Shown here: in pieces, positions 17,739-31,514 of the stretch
How positions within the stretch are numbered: the stretch's first letter is position 1
Layout of the letters: each line of letters begins with the position of its first letter
DNA from: the human T2T-CHM13v2.0 reference genome, Homo sapiens
NCBI RefSeq assembly: GCF_009914755.1
Contig: NC_060930.1
Direction: 5' to 3' (one strand)
DNA: 64,000 bases
Translations under genes and position numbers: made by a program
The notes under the pieces: model-generated
Database searches by the model: none
What the model saw: the letters and a program-made list of their open reading frames with translations, nothing else
What the model was told of the DNA's origin: nothing

Positions 17739-20560
17739 TTAATTGTAATTTTTCTCACAAACATGTTTGACCCATATGTGATAACGTGGTGACACTGGTT
17801 GTACTCCCCAACCACTGTTTCTGTTCCCCAGCAAGGGGATCTAAACCGTTTTTCTTCCCAGCTCTTGCTTGCTGTGTCTGGAAAACACATTTGAAAGGCG
17901 AGAGGTTTGCATTCGAGAGAGGCTGGGGCTTGATGGTGTCCCTGGAGTTTAAAAGGCTGAGGTTTCCAGTGCTATTTGCTTTCGGGATGTTGAGCCCTCA
18001 GAGTAACAGATGCCCTAAAATTGTACATTTTCCATCTAGAAAAGGGGAAAAAAAATCTGTAGAAGAATGGATTATGAAAAACAAATCTACCCTCCAAGAA
18101 GGTGGTCAACAAAACAGCGTGACTGAGACCTTCACTCAGAAATTCCACGATAGCAGACGTCACCTTTCTCATGTTCGTATTTTGTTGTAGAAGACATTTG
18201 GGTGAATCATTGACAGTCTTTTTTTATCAGAATACTTTAATACATTTTACATTGATTTAGGAATTTGGATGTTAAAAATGAGAAATCTTTTACGATGGCA
18301 TGATCACTGGAAGGAGTAAGGTTTTTTGGGATTATTTTCCTACCATCTGTTGTCAGCAGGACCACCTGCGTATCATTTTCCTTCCATCAAATGTATGACT
18401 TAGCCGCCAAGTGGTGCCTTTGTATTTTCCATTCCAGTGTGGGATTGCAGAAAGGCTGTTTTTATGCTTATTTTTGTTGAATGGTTTTATGCTGATGAAA
18501 TCAATTGAATACCTTGTTGATCTGGAAAGTTGTTCTTATCATCTGGACATCCAGACTGGTTCCATTTAATTGGTTAGCATTTATCTTTGCAGAAAGAAAA
18601 TCGCTGGTAAATAAAAATTAGACTGAACATAATTATTAATAGATGTCACCACTAAGCATTTGTTTGCCTTGGTCTAACAGTTGTTGGTTAACACATTGAT
18701 CAGATTGGAGTTTTGTGTGTAAACATACTTTTGGTGTAGTTTTGAGCCTAAGGAGACCTTGAAATGCAATTTTCAGTGTAGAACAAAAAATCTTGTACTT
18801 AAATAAAAAATCTTTCCATGTTCCTGAACACCCTTTAAAAAAAAATCTTGAATAAAATTTAAATGTAGCAAAGCTAAAATTGTGTAAAAGTTCATTTTAA
18901 TAGCAAGGTGTCCTGGTGGTTATAGTCACTGATTGCAAGTGCTTGCTAATAGAGCCAGGAATGAGTGGCAAATTTAGATTCCTTCCTCCAGGAATTTGCT
19001 TCATGTTTGAAAGTGATTAAGACATTTTCATAGCTGCCAGTACATTCAGTTGCATCAGACATTTGCTCTACCCATCAAAACATGTCTGTAGTTTTTGCTT
19101 AGGGCTGTAATGGAATTGAGAAAGGATGGCTAATTAGAGTAACTTTGCTTAGTCAACGGTCTGGCTGTTGAAGGGATTTGGTTCCTCCAGTGCTGACCAG
19201 CCTTGCAGTCACTGCAGAGCAATCTCCCAGTGGACGGAGCCTCCCTGAGCCTCGCACAAAGAGAAGCCAGCGCAGCTGGGAGTGGCTCCAGGAGCACAAA
19301 ACACTAGGGGATCCAAGACTTGAAGAAACTTATGTATTTATTATTTATTTATTTGCCTGTTCCCCCTAGCAAGTCACTGATTGTGCTTTATCACGATCGT
19401 ATGCTTTTATGAATGCTTTGGATCACCCATTGATGCCTCTGTCCCTTTTTCTTGATTTATCTGTTTAGTAGTAAGAATACAAGGGGACTTGTCCTCTAAG
19501 TCTATCTTTTATGGAATGGTATGGAAGGATTGAGTTTTTCTTGGCAGTTTGAGGTGGAATTCTTTGTGTATGCATCTCCACGGGCACATAATCAATTGAA
19601 GCAATTTAAGTCAAATCTTGCTCTTGGTCATTTAGTTAACAAGAAAACAAACAAACCTAAAAACAAATACAACAACCTGTGCAATCTTGAAGATACCGAA
19701 GAAAATGAATAGGAATCCATCCTTTCCTAGGTGTCATTACTTCTGCAGCTGTTTAAAGGTGGGTTTCTACACACTGGGGCTCCAGATGTCCACCGTAGCA
19801 GATGGAGAGATTGAGCAAATGTCTGAAAATGGCTATTAATTAATGAGGTTGCAAGATACTTTTGTCAGTTATGAATGTCACGTAGACTGGGATGCTTTAG
19901 TAAGCAATATGTATGCTCTTGATTTAAAAGACAGCCTGGATTTTATCTTTTGGGGGAGAGGAGTACTCGTATGATAACCACACCTATAGACAAAAATCCT
20001 GGTTCCTGTCTCTACTCCTCTTTAAGAAGTGTTTTTTAAGTGCAAAATGGATGGTAAGGCGTATTGTTTCTAAACATCTAGATGTTTCCAATAGGAGAAC
20101 TTTGTAGAACTGAAATAATTTGAAACAATACATGCTAAATTCCTTTACCTCAAAATTTGGTGCTTGGTAAATGATAGATGTTTAATAGATATTTATTGAA
20201 TGAGTTAACTATTAGGGCTTACAAAATGATCAGGTTTAAACCTGCAAGCAGACTCTTGCCTCCTATTTTGTATTTTCTTTGGTAATCTTTTATTTTAACA
20301 GGAATATAAATCCCATTTTTTATTTAGTTTTTTCTTTTGTTCTTCAACAAATATAAAAGACACTTTCAATGTGAATAAGAATATAATCAGGAACAAATTT
20401 TAAGAGTAATATGTGGATTTTGTAAGGATTTACTCTTCAACTGTATTGGTTCTTCTGGTGCTGATGTTTTTCCTAATGTTAAATACAGCATTAATCATTG
20501 AAATACGTAAGACATGTTACGTCTTCCCTTTTCAGATCCTTAGGCAATAGCTAATAGGTT

Positions 20561-20562
<2 letters not shown>

Positions 20563-20591
<29 letters not shown>
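20563..20591. repeat. (TG)n STR
   Basis: About 14 units. Confidence 0.95.
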
Positions 20592-20782
20592 CTATTTTTT
20601 TCTACCTTTGTCTTACTATTGTGGAAGGGAAATAATAGAATTTGTCCTCTTTTATATTTTATTTAAAATCTACAATGATGAAAATGTATCACTTAAGGTA
20701 GTAGGTAAAAAGTTTATGGATTAATTTTGTATTAACTTTCTTTGAGGTCTATAATTTATTAATGTGGATGGATTTACAATGA

Positions 20783-21121
<339 letters not shown>

Positions 21122-21265
21122 GTGTCATGTGTTTTTATCAAAGAAGAATCATAGCATCGTAAATCCAGTTGGAGGTCAGTTTCTGGGAAGTTCTGTTCTT
21201 TGACTACTGTTGTATTGGAGATCACTTTCTCTCTGAGATGATGTTATTGGTACTGCAATTAATGA

Positions 21266-21571
<306 letters not shown>

Positions 21572-22301
21572 GGTAGTATCTAGTTCTTAACTTAGCATAG
21601 AACAATGGTTTTTAAAGTGTTCTTCATTAAAACTTACTTCATTTCTGTTTTCTAAAATTCCTAAAATAAATTGTTCAATAAGCAGTTATAGTGGATTTGA
21701 AATAGAGAACACACCTGGAGTGTCATTACTGCCTACACTGCTTGAGTGGCCTGGAGGGCTCACACCCAGAACCTGAGTTGGACTTACTTAGGAAGACATT
21801 CTCTGTTGTTTTAGTGTTTTAAAAGATTGTATTCCCTGGTCTCATCAAAATGTTATCTTTTTTTAAGAAAGTAGGGATAGAGAAGGAATTTCTCTGGCAT
21901 GGTTTCTAATCCTAACAAGGTCTGTGATGCTTGGCAAGTAACATTCTTTCAGGATTTGGTTCTCGTCAGTGTCATGGAAGGGACTGTTTTAGGTGATCTT
22001 GAAGAACAGCTCTTCAGGTTTTAAATTTTTGTGTGTGTGTGATTAACTTAAGAATGGTGAGTGTATTTATATACAACTCTCCTTGACTTAGGAAAAAATG
22101 TACAGCAGTTTTTAATATGTATGCAAGAAGAAACGAGAAATATACGATAAAGGATAAAGGTGGGAAAAATCTGACCATGGAGAAGGCATTCTATAACATT
22201 TTAAAAATTTACTTTCTCTCTGTTTCTTTTAAAATTGACCCTTAACACTGCTCGGTGAGGCATTTAAATAATAGAAACGGGCTGGAGACAATAAGCAAGC
22301 A

Positions 22302-22475
22302 AAAGCCGGCGAGGTGGCAGGCGCCTGTAGTCCTAGCTACTGGGGGGAGGCTGAAGTGGGAGGATTGCTTGAGCCCAGGAGGTTGAGTCTGCAGTGAGCT
22401 AACGATCGCACCACTGCACTCCATCCTGGGTGATGGAGTGAGACCTGGTCTCTTTAAAAAAGTAAATAAATAAGC
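22302..22475 (+). mobile_element. Alu right monomer (FRAM/AluJ)
   Basis: gccggcgaggtggcaggcgcctgtagtcc...gagacctggtctct. Confidence 0.85.
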
Positions 22476-22669
22476 AAGTGAAATCAAACTTGAAAAAATT
22501 TTAAATAAATATCTTTTTTTAAGCATAAAAGTGGTATATTGTCATTGTGCAAATGCCACCATATAAGAAAAAAGTTCCTTCATTCCCTCTTGTCTTCTGA
22601 GATTTTTCTTACATACACAAACAAACATATCCTTTCGGTTGTTGTTTTTTTTTTTTAAATATGCATATA

Positions 22670-22985
22670 GATAATACTGTTGCGTAACTTGCCTTTTTCA
22701 CTCAATAGGAAATCATAAGCACCTTTTGGTTCAGTATACACAGATCTGGCTCACTGCTTAATGGCTATATGTTCAGTGACATGGATATACTCTATATTTT
22801 TAACCAGTCTCTTTACTGATTGACATTTAAGTTGATTCTGATGATCTCCTATTACAAATAATGCTGAAATGAACATCCTTTCATATATAATATAATTTTG
22901 ATATATAAAATGAAAATTATGTATAATATACATATTCATTTATGCTTGTGCAAATATTTCTATAGGACTAATTCCTGGATGAAAG
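22670..22985 (-). mobile_element. Old L1M fragment
   Basis: ttgacatttaagttgattc...attacaaataatgctgaaatgaacatcctt; ORF 22751-22939(-) contains RMFISALFVI (L1 ORF2-like). Confidence 0.7.
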
Positions 22986-23217
22986 GGAATGCCCCACCCT
23001 TCCACCCTTTTCTATATGATAAATTTCTGACACATTTACTTGTTAACCAAGGAATGACTTAAGTTTCAAAATATGCTTAATGCATTCAGCTTTCAATAGC
23101 TCACAGCACACACTGTATATAAAAATATGGAACGCTTTACAAATTTGGGTCTCATCTTTGAGTAGGGGCCATGTATCGTTTCCATTTTAGTGTCTGTGCT
23201 GCCAAACCAAACGAGCG

Positions 23218-23411
23218 CTCTTTTCTTTTCTTTCTTTTTCTTTTTCATTTTCTTTTTTTTTTTTTTTTGAGAAAGGACCTTCCTCTTGTTGCCCAGGCTG
23301 GAGGGACACAATCACACCTCACTGTAACCCCAAAGTCCTGGGCTCAAGCGACCCTCCCACTTCAGCCCCCCGAGTAGCTAGGACTACAGTTGTAGGCCAT
23401 CACGCCCAGCT
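23218..23411 (-). mobile_element. Alu right monomer (J-like)
   Basis: T-rich tail; TSD-like gctcttttctttt. Confidence 0.85.
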
Positions 23412-24295
23412 CTTTTCTTTTTGAAAATATTGTAATATTAGATACTTTACGGAATACTCACAATGCCCCATTTTGGCAATCATATTTCACAAACCTTTGA
23501 CTTTTGACTGAGTTGCAGTTAGCTTGAAACACTCGCGTTTTGCTTTCACTTAGAGAATTACCATTTCTTATGTGTAATTCTAAAGATATATACAGTTAAC
23601 AAGGTCATGTTTAAATTTACCAGTAAACACATTGGCAGCTTCTTTCCATTCTGCAGGAAGTGGCTGTGTTTCTGTGCTTTCATCCTGTTATTTCCTTAGG
23701 GTAAACATCTAGGCTTCATGCAAAGTAGAAGGGGCATGTGCGTGGTGTTCAGGATGTGGATTTGAATCCCCAACTCAGCCACTTACATTAGATAAGTGAC
23801 TTAACTTGCGAGCCTCCCTCTACAAACTGGATGAAGGTTGCTAAAGAATATGTTTTTACAAGTTGTGCTAATTTTAATGCTACTGAGAACAAATGAGTGC
23901 TCAGATTTGGCCACGTCAGTGATATTGGTAGTGTTACTTTGACAGGTGAAGGATGGTGTTTTAAGTTTGCCTTGACTTTTGCATTTCTGTAACGTATGGG
24001 AAGAGATAACTGTAATTCTGTAGGTCTATGTATTGGTTCGCTATTTTAATTTCAGGTTATGAGCAGATTTAGTGCCCACTTTATCTTTTGAGGTCTTCTT
24101 ATATGCTTCAGATCTCATGGTTGATACTTCACATTTGCAAGAATTTCTCCTACACATAGGGAATAGCCTCCCAAATCCTAACTCAACCCATTGTATTTTG
24201 ATGATGCTATATAGAATTTTAAGTCTTGGAATTGGGGCATTCTATGTGAGGCTAGGACCCAATTTCCTGCGGCTTCATTCTTTTCTCCACACACG

Positions 24296-24607
24296 TTTGT
24301 TTTATTTATTTGTTTATTGAGACAAGGTCTTGCTCTGTCACCCAGGCTGGAGTGCAGTGGTGCTCACTGCAGCCTTGACTTCCTGGGCTCAGGAGATCTT
24401 CCTGCCTCAGCCTTCTGAGTAGCTAGGAATACAGGCCTACACCATACCCTCCCTTCCCCAACACCCAGCTAATTTTAAATTTTGATGTAGGGATGAGGTC
24501 TCCCTGTGTTGCCCAAGCTTGTCAAACACCTGGCTTCAAGAGATCCTCCCACCTTGGCCTCCCAAAGCACTGGGTTTATAGGCGTGACCCACCAAGTGCA
24601 GTCTGGC
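24296..24607 (-). mobile_element. AluJ
   Basis: Antisense diverged Alu. Confidence 0.9.
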
Positions 24608-24692
24608 ATGACCTCCCATGCCAGAATGTGTGATGCAGGAGCGGGCTGTCCTCTTCCCCCTCCTGTTCCCGCTCTCAGCTGCCCATACATCT

Positions 24693-25015
24693 ATTTTTAT
24701 TTTTTCTGAGATGGAGTCTTGCTCTGTCGCCCAGGCTGGAATGCAGTGGTGCTATCTCGGCTCACTGCACCCTCCGCCTCCCAGGTTCGAGCGGGAGGCA
24801 GAGGTTGCAGTGAGCCGAGTAGTAGCTGCCTCAGCCTCCTGAATAGCTGGGACTACAGGCGCGTGCCACCACGCCCAGCTAATTTTTGTATTTTTAGTAG
24901 AGACAGGGTTTTGCCATGTTGGCCAGGCTGGTCTTGATTTCCTGACCTCAGGTGATCCACCCACCTCGGCCTCCCAAAGTGCTGGGATTACAGGTGTGAG
25001 CCACCGTGCCCAGCC
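24693..25015 (-). mobile_element. AluS with an internal inverted duplication
   Basis: TSD ctgcccatacatct on both sides; fold-back at 24756-24819. Confidence 0.95.
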
Positions 25016-26094
25016 TGCCCATACATCTTAAGGGACCTCCAGCTCACGCATGGGGGTTTTCCAGCCCACATGCCCAACCTTCACCAAAACAAATGTGCTG
25101 TAGCCCTTTGGTCTAGAGGTGCCCAGGGAAGAGGCTTGCATAGGTTCTGAGAATTCCAAATCTTGGGCCCCCAGGACAGGTGGATGTTAATTTCAGGAAG
25201 GTTTGCCCTTTTGGTTGCTGCGGGGGAAGGATGTAGCCAGAGGAGGGCCAGAATGGGGCTCTCCGCAGTGAGGGGCTCTGCCTGGGTCTGATGGTGTTAC
25301 CGCTCACAGGGATTCTTTGAAGCAGCTGCTGATTCCCCGACTTCTCTTGTCTATTGGTTGAATAATGTTTTCCCTGCTGTCTACCTATCAGGTTATTCAT
25401 TCCTGATTACTGTCAATGTTCAGGCTGGTCAAACTTGAAATCATTAACTATATAAAGTGTATTATGTATAAAGTGCTAGATTTGTAAGAAAGTTGCTATC
25501 TTCATCTTCATGGAGTTTAGTTTTTATCTTGGCTAAGCTCTTGCTAATTTCCCACAGTATAGCCTGCACTCATGTTATGAAAAAATTTAGATGACTGTTG
25601 AAGAGTATTCAGGATTTCTTTCTTACTTCTCGGCCCAGGACTGAGCCTTTATGAAAGTGGGTAGCAGGAGATTTTAGAAAAGTGGAGGCCCTTGTATAAG
25701 GAGGCTGGGCTCCATTTAATGACGGTGAGGAGGCACACTTTAGGAACTAAAGGAGACCAGCATGACAGATTGAGCGTTAAAGTAGAACTAAACAAGAGGC
25801 ACTCAAAGGCAGGGAGATCAGCTCTTAGGATATTGCATTAAATCAACCATGAAATGCTAAAGCTTGAACTAGGGCAGAAATCAAGCAATGGGTACAGACA
25901 GCATTGAACACAAAAGAAATGGTAGGATTTGAGGGAGCATGAGGATGACCAAGATGCAGAAAAGCCCAAGATGGTCTCCAGGTTTCTAGGCTTTTCCAAC
26001 AAGGATGCTAATTCTTTGCCTGAAAAAGAGTATTATCAAGTAAAGACATGGTCTCACTGTTGACCCAGAAAATAGAGGGACAGGGTAACAAAAG

Positions 26095-26245
26095 CAGTGA
26101 TTTGTTTTCTGTAATACTAATGGCTGACACTGACTAGTGCTTACTGTGTCAGGTGCTGTCTGTCCTACGCGCTTGGTACACTTGTGATAGACACTTATAA
26201 ATCCCCATTGTACCAATGAGGAAGCAGGCACCTAGAGGTGAAGGA
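26095..26245 (-). mobile_element. MIR
   Basis: aatggctgacactgactagtgcttactgtgtcaggtgctgt...atccccattgtaccaatgaggaagcaggcacctagaggtgaag. Confidence 0.65.
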
Positions 26246-26949
26246 ACCTTACAGGTAGGGCCTCTTCTCAAGGCGAGGCATTCTGATCAGAGAATGCCTA
26301 AGAGAGGGAGAGACAGAGACAGAATTCAGTATAAAGACAGAAAGCCCACTGTTAAAAGCAATGTCAGGTGTTTTTCTGAGAGCTCAGAAGCTGTCACTGA
26401 CATAACCAAACCTCAAATCCGGGAGTCATTCTTTTTCCGTTGGCAAGTCCCGCAGGCCTCATCTCCAAAGACATTTCACATCGACCCATTCTGTCCACAG
26501 GGCCTTCCCTGGCTTCATTTCTCCCCTGAATGGACACAGCAGCAGCCTTCCTGCCTCCAGCTTGCTCTCCTTCAGCTCCTCTCTGCAGGCAGATTGCTGG
26601 TTTGGGGGTTTTTAGGGTTTGTCTGTGGTCAATTTATATCTGATAAAGCGAGCAAGTCTTAAGCGTATAGCTTGGTGAGTTCTTACAAGGTGAACGCACG
26701 AGTAACCCTCTCCCAGGTCAGGTTGGAGAACCTCGCCAGTGCCCCAGAAGCCTCCCTTGCATCTCCTCCTGGTTATTGCTCCATTACATTCTGACTTCTG
26801 TCTGCACAGATCAGCGTCACACATCGTTCACCAGGTATGCAGTGATCTTTGAAACCTGCACGTTGAGTCATGTCGTTACCAGAACTCCTGGCATCACTTC
26901 CACATTGCACTCTTTGCCATTGCCTGACATGAGATAAATAAGAATGCAT

Positions 26950-27361
<412 letters not shown>

Positions 27362-27988
27362 TTATCAACAGAACTGAAAGAGACCCCTCCCTGTTAGTAC
27401 TATGTGTCTTAGTACTCTGTCTTTGATGTGTGGCACTTCCTTTTGACTTGACGCATCCAGATGACATAGGAACCCATCACAGGGATTAATCAAATGTTGA
27501 CTAACGCATGGGGACCCAGGGTGGAACCAAAGCTTTTGCAAAATGATGAACATTCAGAGGCTTTGGAGAGTGAACTTGGAGGTCAACAAAGAGGATGAAA
27601 TGCAAGATGCAGTATGAGCATGTGGTGGGTCTGGACTGCAAGATTCAGGCACTTTATTTTAGGAATAGTTAATGTGAAGAACATGATTTATGAACGACAG
27701 AGTGGGGAGTGTATTGAGACCAAGTAAGACTAATGCTCCATTGTGAAAACTTACATATCAAAGCAAATATATTGTCCCCTCTGTCCCCAGAAGCAATAAC
27801 TGGAAACAGTTTTAGAGGACATAACCTAATTGGTATAAAAACTTTTCACTCTCAGAACTATTTTTCCCATTGTCATAGGAGTGGATACCAAATAATGTTT
27901 TCCTGTCTTGGCAGTGATTCACATTACTGAGTTTGCTATTGAACTATTTTTTCCTTGCCAGGAAGTACACATCAGAGAGCTGCATTTC

Positions 27989-27990
<2 letters not shown>

Positions 27991-28029
<39 letters not shown>
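27991..28029. repeat. (TG)n STR
   Basis: About 19 units. Confidence 0.95.
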
Positions 28030-28031
<2 letters not shown>

Positions 28032-28470
28032 CTATTTCAATCTACTGATTACCAAAGAGCTTATAATTCTTAATGGAGAGTTTGTGGAAAAGATGAAAAA
28101 AGGATTTTTTTAAAGAACAATAACCAGAAAGTTTGAGACAATTGAGTATTATAGCAAAGTCCTTTCTTGCGGTGACTTCTCTGGTTGTAATGTCTTGGGT
28201 TAAAAAAAAAAATCAATTTCATGCAAAAAAGGGGGGAGGATTATGTAAACAAAAACAAAAAAATTTAAAGTATCACAGTCTATCATTTGGGTGAGTTGTG
28301 GAGGGGAAAAGAAGTCATTTGTACAGTTTGATGAAGAAATAAATGTATTTTCTAGTTTCTAAGATAATCTGTGTATGCTCTGAACTTAAAGCACATCATT
28401 TCCTGTAAGTCAGTATTTGGTTCAAAAAGTGCAAAGGCTTTATGATTGATCATCTACATCTATCACATGA

Positions 28471-28769
<299 letters not shown>

Positions 28770-29539
28770 TGGAGGTGATAATTTTTTTAAAAGATTAAGG
28801 CAACAGCAATTTGAGAGTGAGTCATTGATGGGACACTTGTTTAGGGAAAGCCCTTTTTCCTGCAGAAGCAAACTTGCTTCAGGAATGGCATCAGGCTGAA
28901 AGCATTTTCTTTGCATTTCAAATAAAGTTGGCAAGAAAGCTGGCACCTGTCTGCTCCATTTCTGTGCTGTTACTATACACATACGTTCTACTTTGCTTGC
29001 TGTCAAGGTTCAAGATCAGTAACAGCAGGGAGGGGGCATTTCCCAGAAGCCCACACGACTTCATGAGGAAGCGCCAACCCTCGCTGGATGGGGCGTCGGC
29101 TTGCATTCTTCGGAAACAGAAAACAAAACAAAGAAACTCTCCCTTTCTAGTCACTCAGATGTGAATATTGGAGACTGTTTCACTAGCAGTTATAGTCTAT
29201 ACTTCTTGAAATCATTTAGTTTGCTTACAGATCTTGAACCAAGTGGTTAAGGAATGAATCCTTTCCATTGAGGTATCCGTTATCTATTATTATTTATTTA
29301 AGCGCATATGAACCAAACGAGCCACTTTGTACTCTGTCTTTCCAGGCGTCAAAGCAGGGTAAGTTGCCCCTCTTGACTGAGTCCCGAATGTGGTCTGAGT
29401 CAGAGAAGGTTAGAGCTCAGAGCTCGAGAGAGTTCAGGTCTTTTACAAAACAAAACAAGTCAGGTGAGAACCAAAGCTACTGCTGTTGACTTGACCAAGG
29501 TCCCACAGTTGTTGGGGTGGCAGCGATGGGGTAAGCATA

Positions 29540-29848
29540 TTTTCTTTTTCTTTCTTTTTTTTTTTTTGAGACGGAGTCTCGCTCTGTTGCCCAGGCTGGA
29601 GTGCAGTGGCGTGATCTCGGCTCACTGCTCACCTCTGCCTCCCGGGTTCACACCATTCTCCTGCCTCAGCCTCCCGAGAAGCTGGGACTACAGGCGCCCG
29701 CCACCACGCCTGGCTAATTTTTTATATTTTTAGTAGAGATGGGGTTTCACCGTGTTATCCAGGATGGTCTCGATCTCCTGACCTTGTGATCCACCCGCCT
29801 CGGCCTCCCAGAGTGCTGGGATTACAGGTGTGAACCACCACGCCCGGT
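29540..29848 (-). mobile_element. AluY
   Basis: ttcacaccattctcc...ccgtgtta...ggatggtctcgatctcc; TSD tattttcttttt. Confidence 0.95.
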
Positions 29849-29851
29849 CTA

Positions 29852-30170
29852 TTTTCTTTTTTTTATTTTGATTTCATTTTATTTTTCTGAGACGGGGTGT
29901 TGCTCTGTTGCCCAGGCTGGAGTACAGTGGCACAATCATGGCTCACTGTGGCCTCAACTTCCTTGGTCTCAGGTGATCCTCCCACCTTAGCCTCCTGAGT
30001 AGCTGGGACCACAGACACAAGTCAGCACGCCCAGCCAATTTTTGCATTTTTTGTAGAGTTGGGATTTCACCATGTTGCTCAGGCTAGTGTCTAACTCTTG
30101 GACTCCAGCGATCTGCCCACCTCGGCCTTGGAAAGTGCTAGGATTACAGGCGTGAGCCATCAGGCCCGGT
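29852..30170 (-). mobile_element. AluJ
   Basis: Antisense diverged Alu directly abutting the AluY. Confidence 0.9.
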
Positions 30171-30203
30171 CATGTTTACTTATTAATATTTTAAAGAATT
30201 ATG

Positions 30204-30835
30204 AGGAATGCTTTTACACCGTTGGTCGGAGTATAAATTAGTCAACCATTGTGGAAGACAGTGTGGCGATTCCTCAAGGATCTAGAACCAGAAATACCAT
30301 TTGATCCAGCAATCCTGTTACTGGGTATATACCCAAAGGATTATAAATCATTCTACTGTAAAGACACATGCATACGTATGTTTATTGCAGCACTGTTCAC
30401 AATAGCAAAGACTTGGAACCAACCCAAATGCCCATCAGTGATAGACTGGATAAAGGAAATGTGGCACATATACACCACGGAATACTATGCAGCCATAAGA
30501 AAGGACGAGTTCATGTCCTTTGCAGGGACATGGATAAAGCTGGAAACCATCATTCTCAGCAAACTAACACAGGAACAGAAAACCAAACACCACATGTTCT
30601 CACTCATACGTAGGAGTTGAACAAGGAGAACACCTGGACACAGGGAGGGGAACATCACACACCGGGGCCTGTTGGGGAGTGGGGGGCTAGGGGAGGGATG
30701 GCATTAGGAGAAATACCTAATGTAGTTGACGGGTTGATGGGTGCAGCAAATCACCATGGCACGTGTATACCTCTCTAACAAACCTGCGTGTTCTGGACAT
30801 GTATCCCAGAACTTAAAGTATTAAAAAAAAAAAAA
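30204..30835 (+). mobile_element. 5'-truncated L1PA (3' end of ORF2, 3' UTR, poly(A))
   Basis: ORF 30249-30620 WKTVWRFLKDLEPEIPFDPAI...KTWNQPKCPS...HMFSL is the L1 ORF2p C-terminus; G-rich 3' UTR; A tail; TSD aaagaattatg at 30193-30203 and 30833-30843. Confidence 0.95.
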
Positions 30836-30842
30836 GAATTAT

Positions 30843-31143
30843 GGCTGGGTGCAGTGGCCCATGCTGGTAATCCCAACACTTTGGAAAGCCGAGGTGGGTG
30901 GATCACTTGAGGTCAGGAGTTTGAAACCAGCCTGGACAACATGGAGAAACCCTGACTCTACGAAAAATACAAAAAAATTAGCTGGGCATGGTGGCAGGCA
31001 CCTGTAATTTTAGCTACTCAGGAGGCTGAGAGGCAGGTTGAACCCCGGGAGGCGGAGGCTACAGTGAGCTGAGATCGCGCCACTGTACTCCAGCCTGGGG
31101 GACAGAGCAAGACATCGTCTCAAAAGAAAGAAAGAAAGAAAAA
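30843..31143 (+). mobile_element. AluS with (GAAA)n tail
   Basis: Sense Alu immediately after the L1 3' TSD. Confidence 0.93.
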
Positions 31144-31494
31144 GAGTCACGAGCACATTGGTTAAATGGACTTTCCAAACAATAGGTGCTAAAATAAAAT
31201 TGATAGAGTTATAGTGAAGGATTACAGAGAGCCCCTGAAGTATTTAATTAATATTTTGTGGGATTTGGGGTACAGCTGAACTGCCTGTCACTCTTCCCAC
31301 TCCCACCCTACCCCCGTTCAGAAGTCACAACTCATGCTTTTGGAGGACAGAGTGAATTTCTCCCAAATTACTGTCTTCTGCCTCCTAAATCAGGACCACA
31401 TTTTTCAGGTGTGCTTATTTGGGGAACGAGGCCTGGTCTGTGTTCCGCTGTATTGCTGATGAAGCTAAAAATTAAGGGATTAATGGCATCGCTA

Positions 31495-31514
31495 GATGCG
31501 CCCTGTAGCGGCTG
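31495..31514 (-). promoter_or_regulatory. Candidate CTCF motif
   Basis: Minus strand agccgctacagggcgcatc has one mismatch to the CCRSYAGRKGGCRS core; CpGs are locally retained in non-repeat sequence. Confidence 0.45.

Noticed and set aside
30249-30620. 123-aa ORF with real protein similarity
   Set aside because: It is the C-terminus of L1 ORF2p in a 5'-truncated L1, not a host gene.
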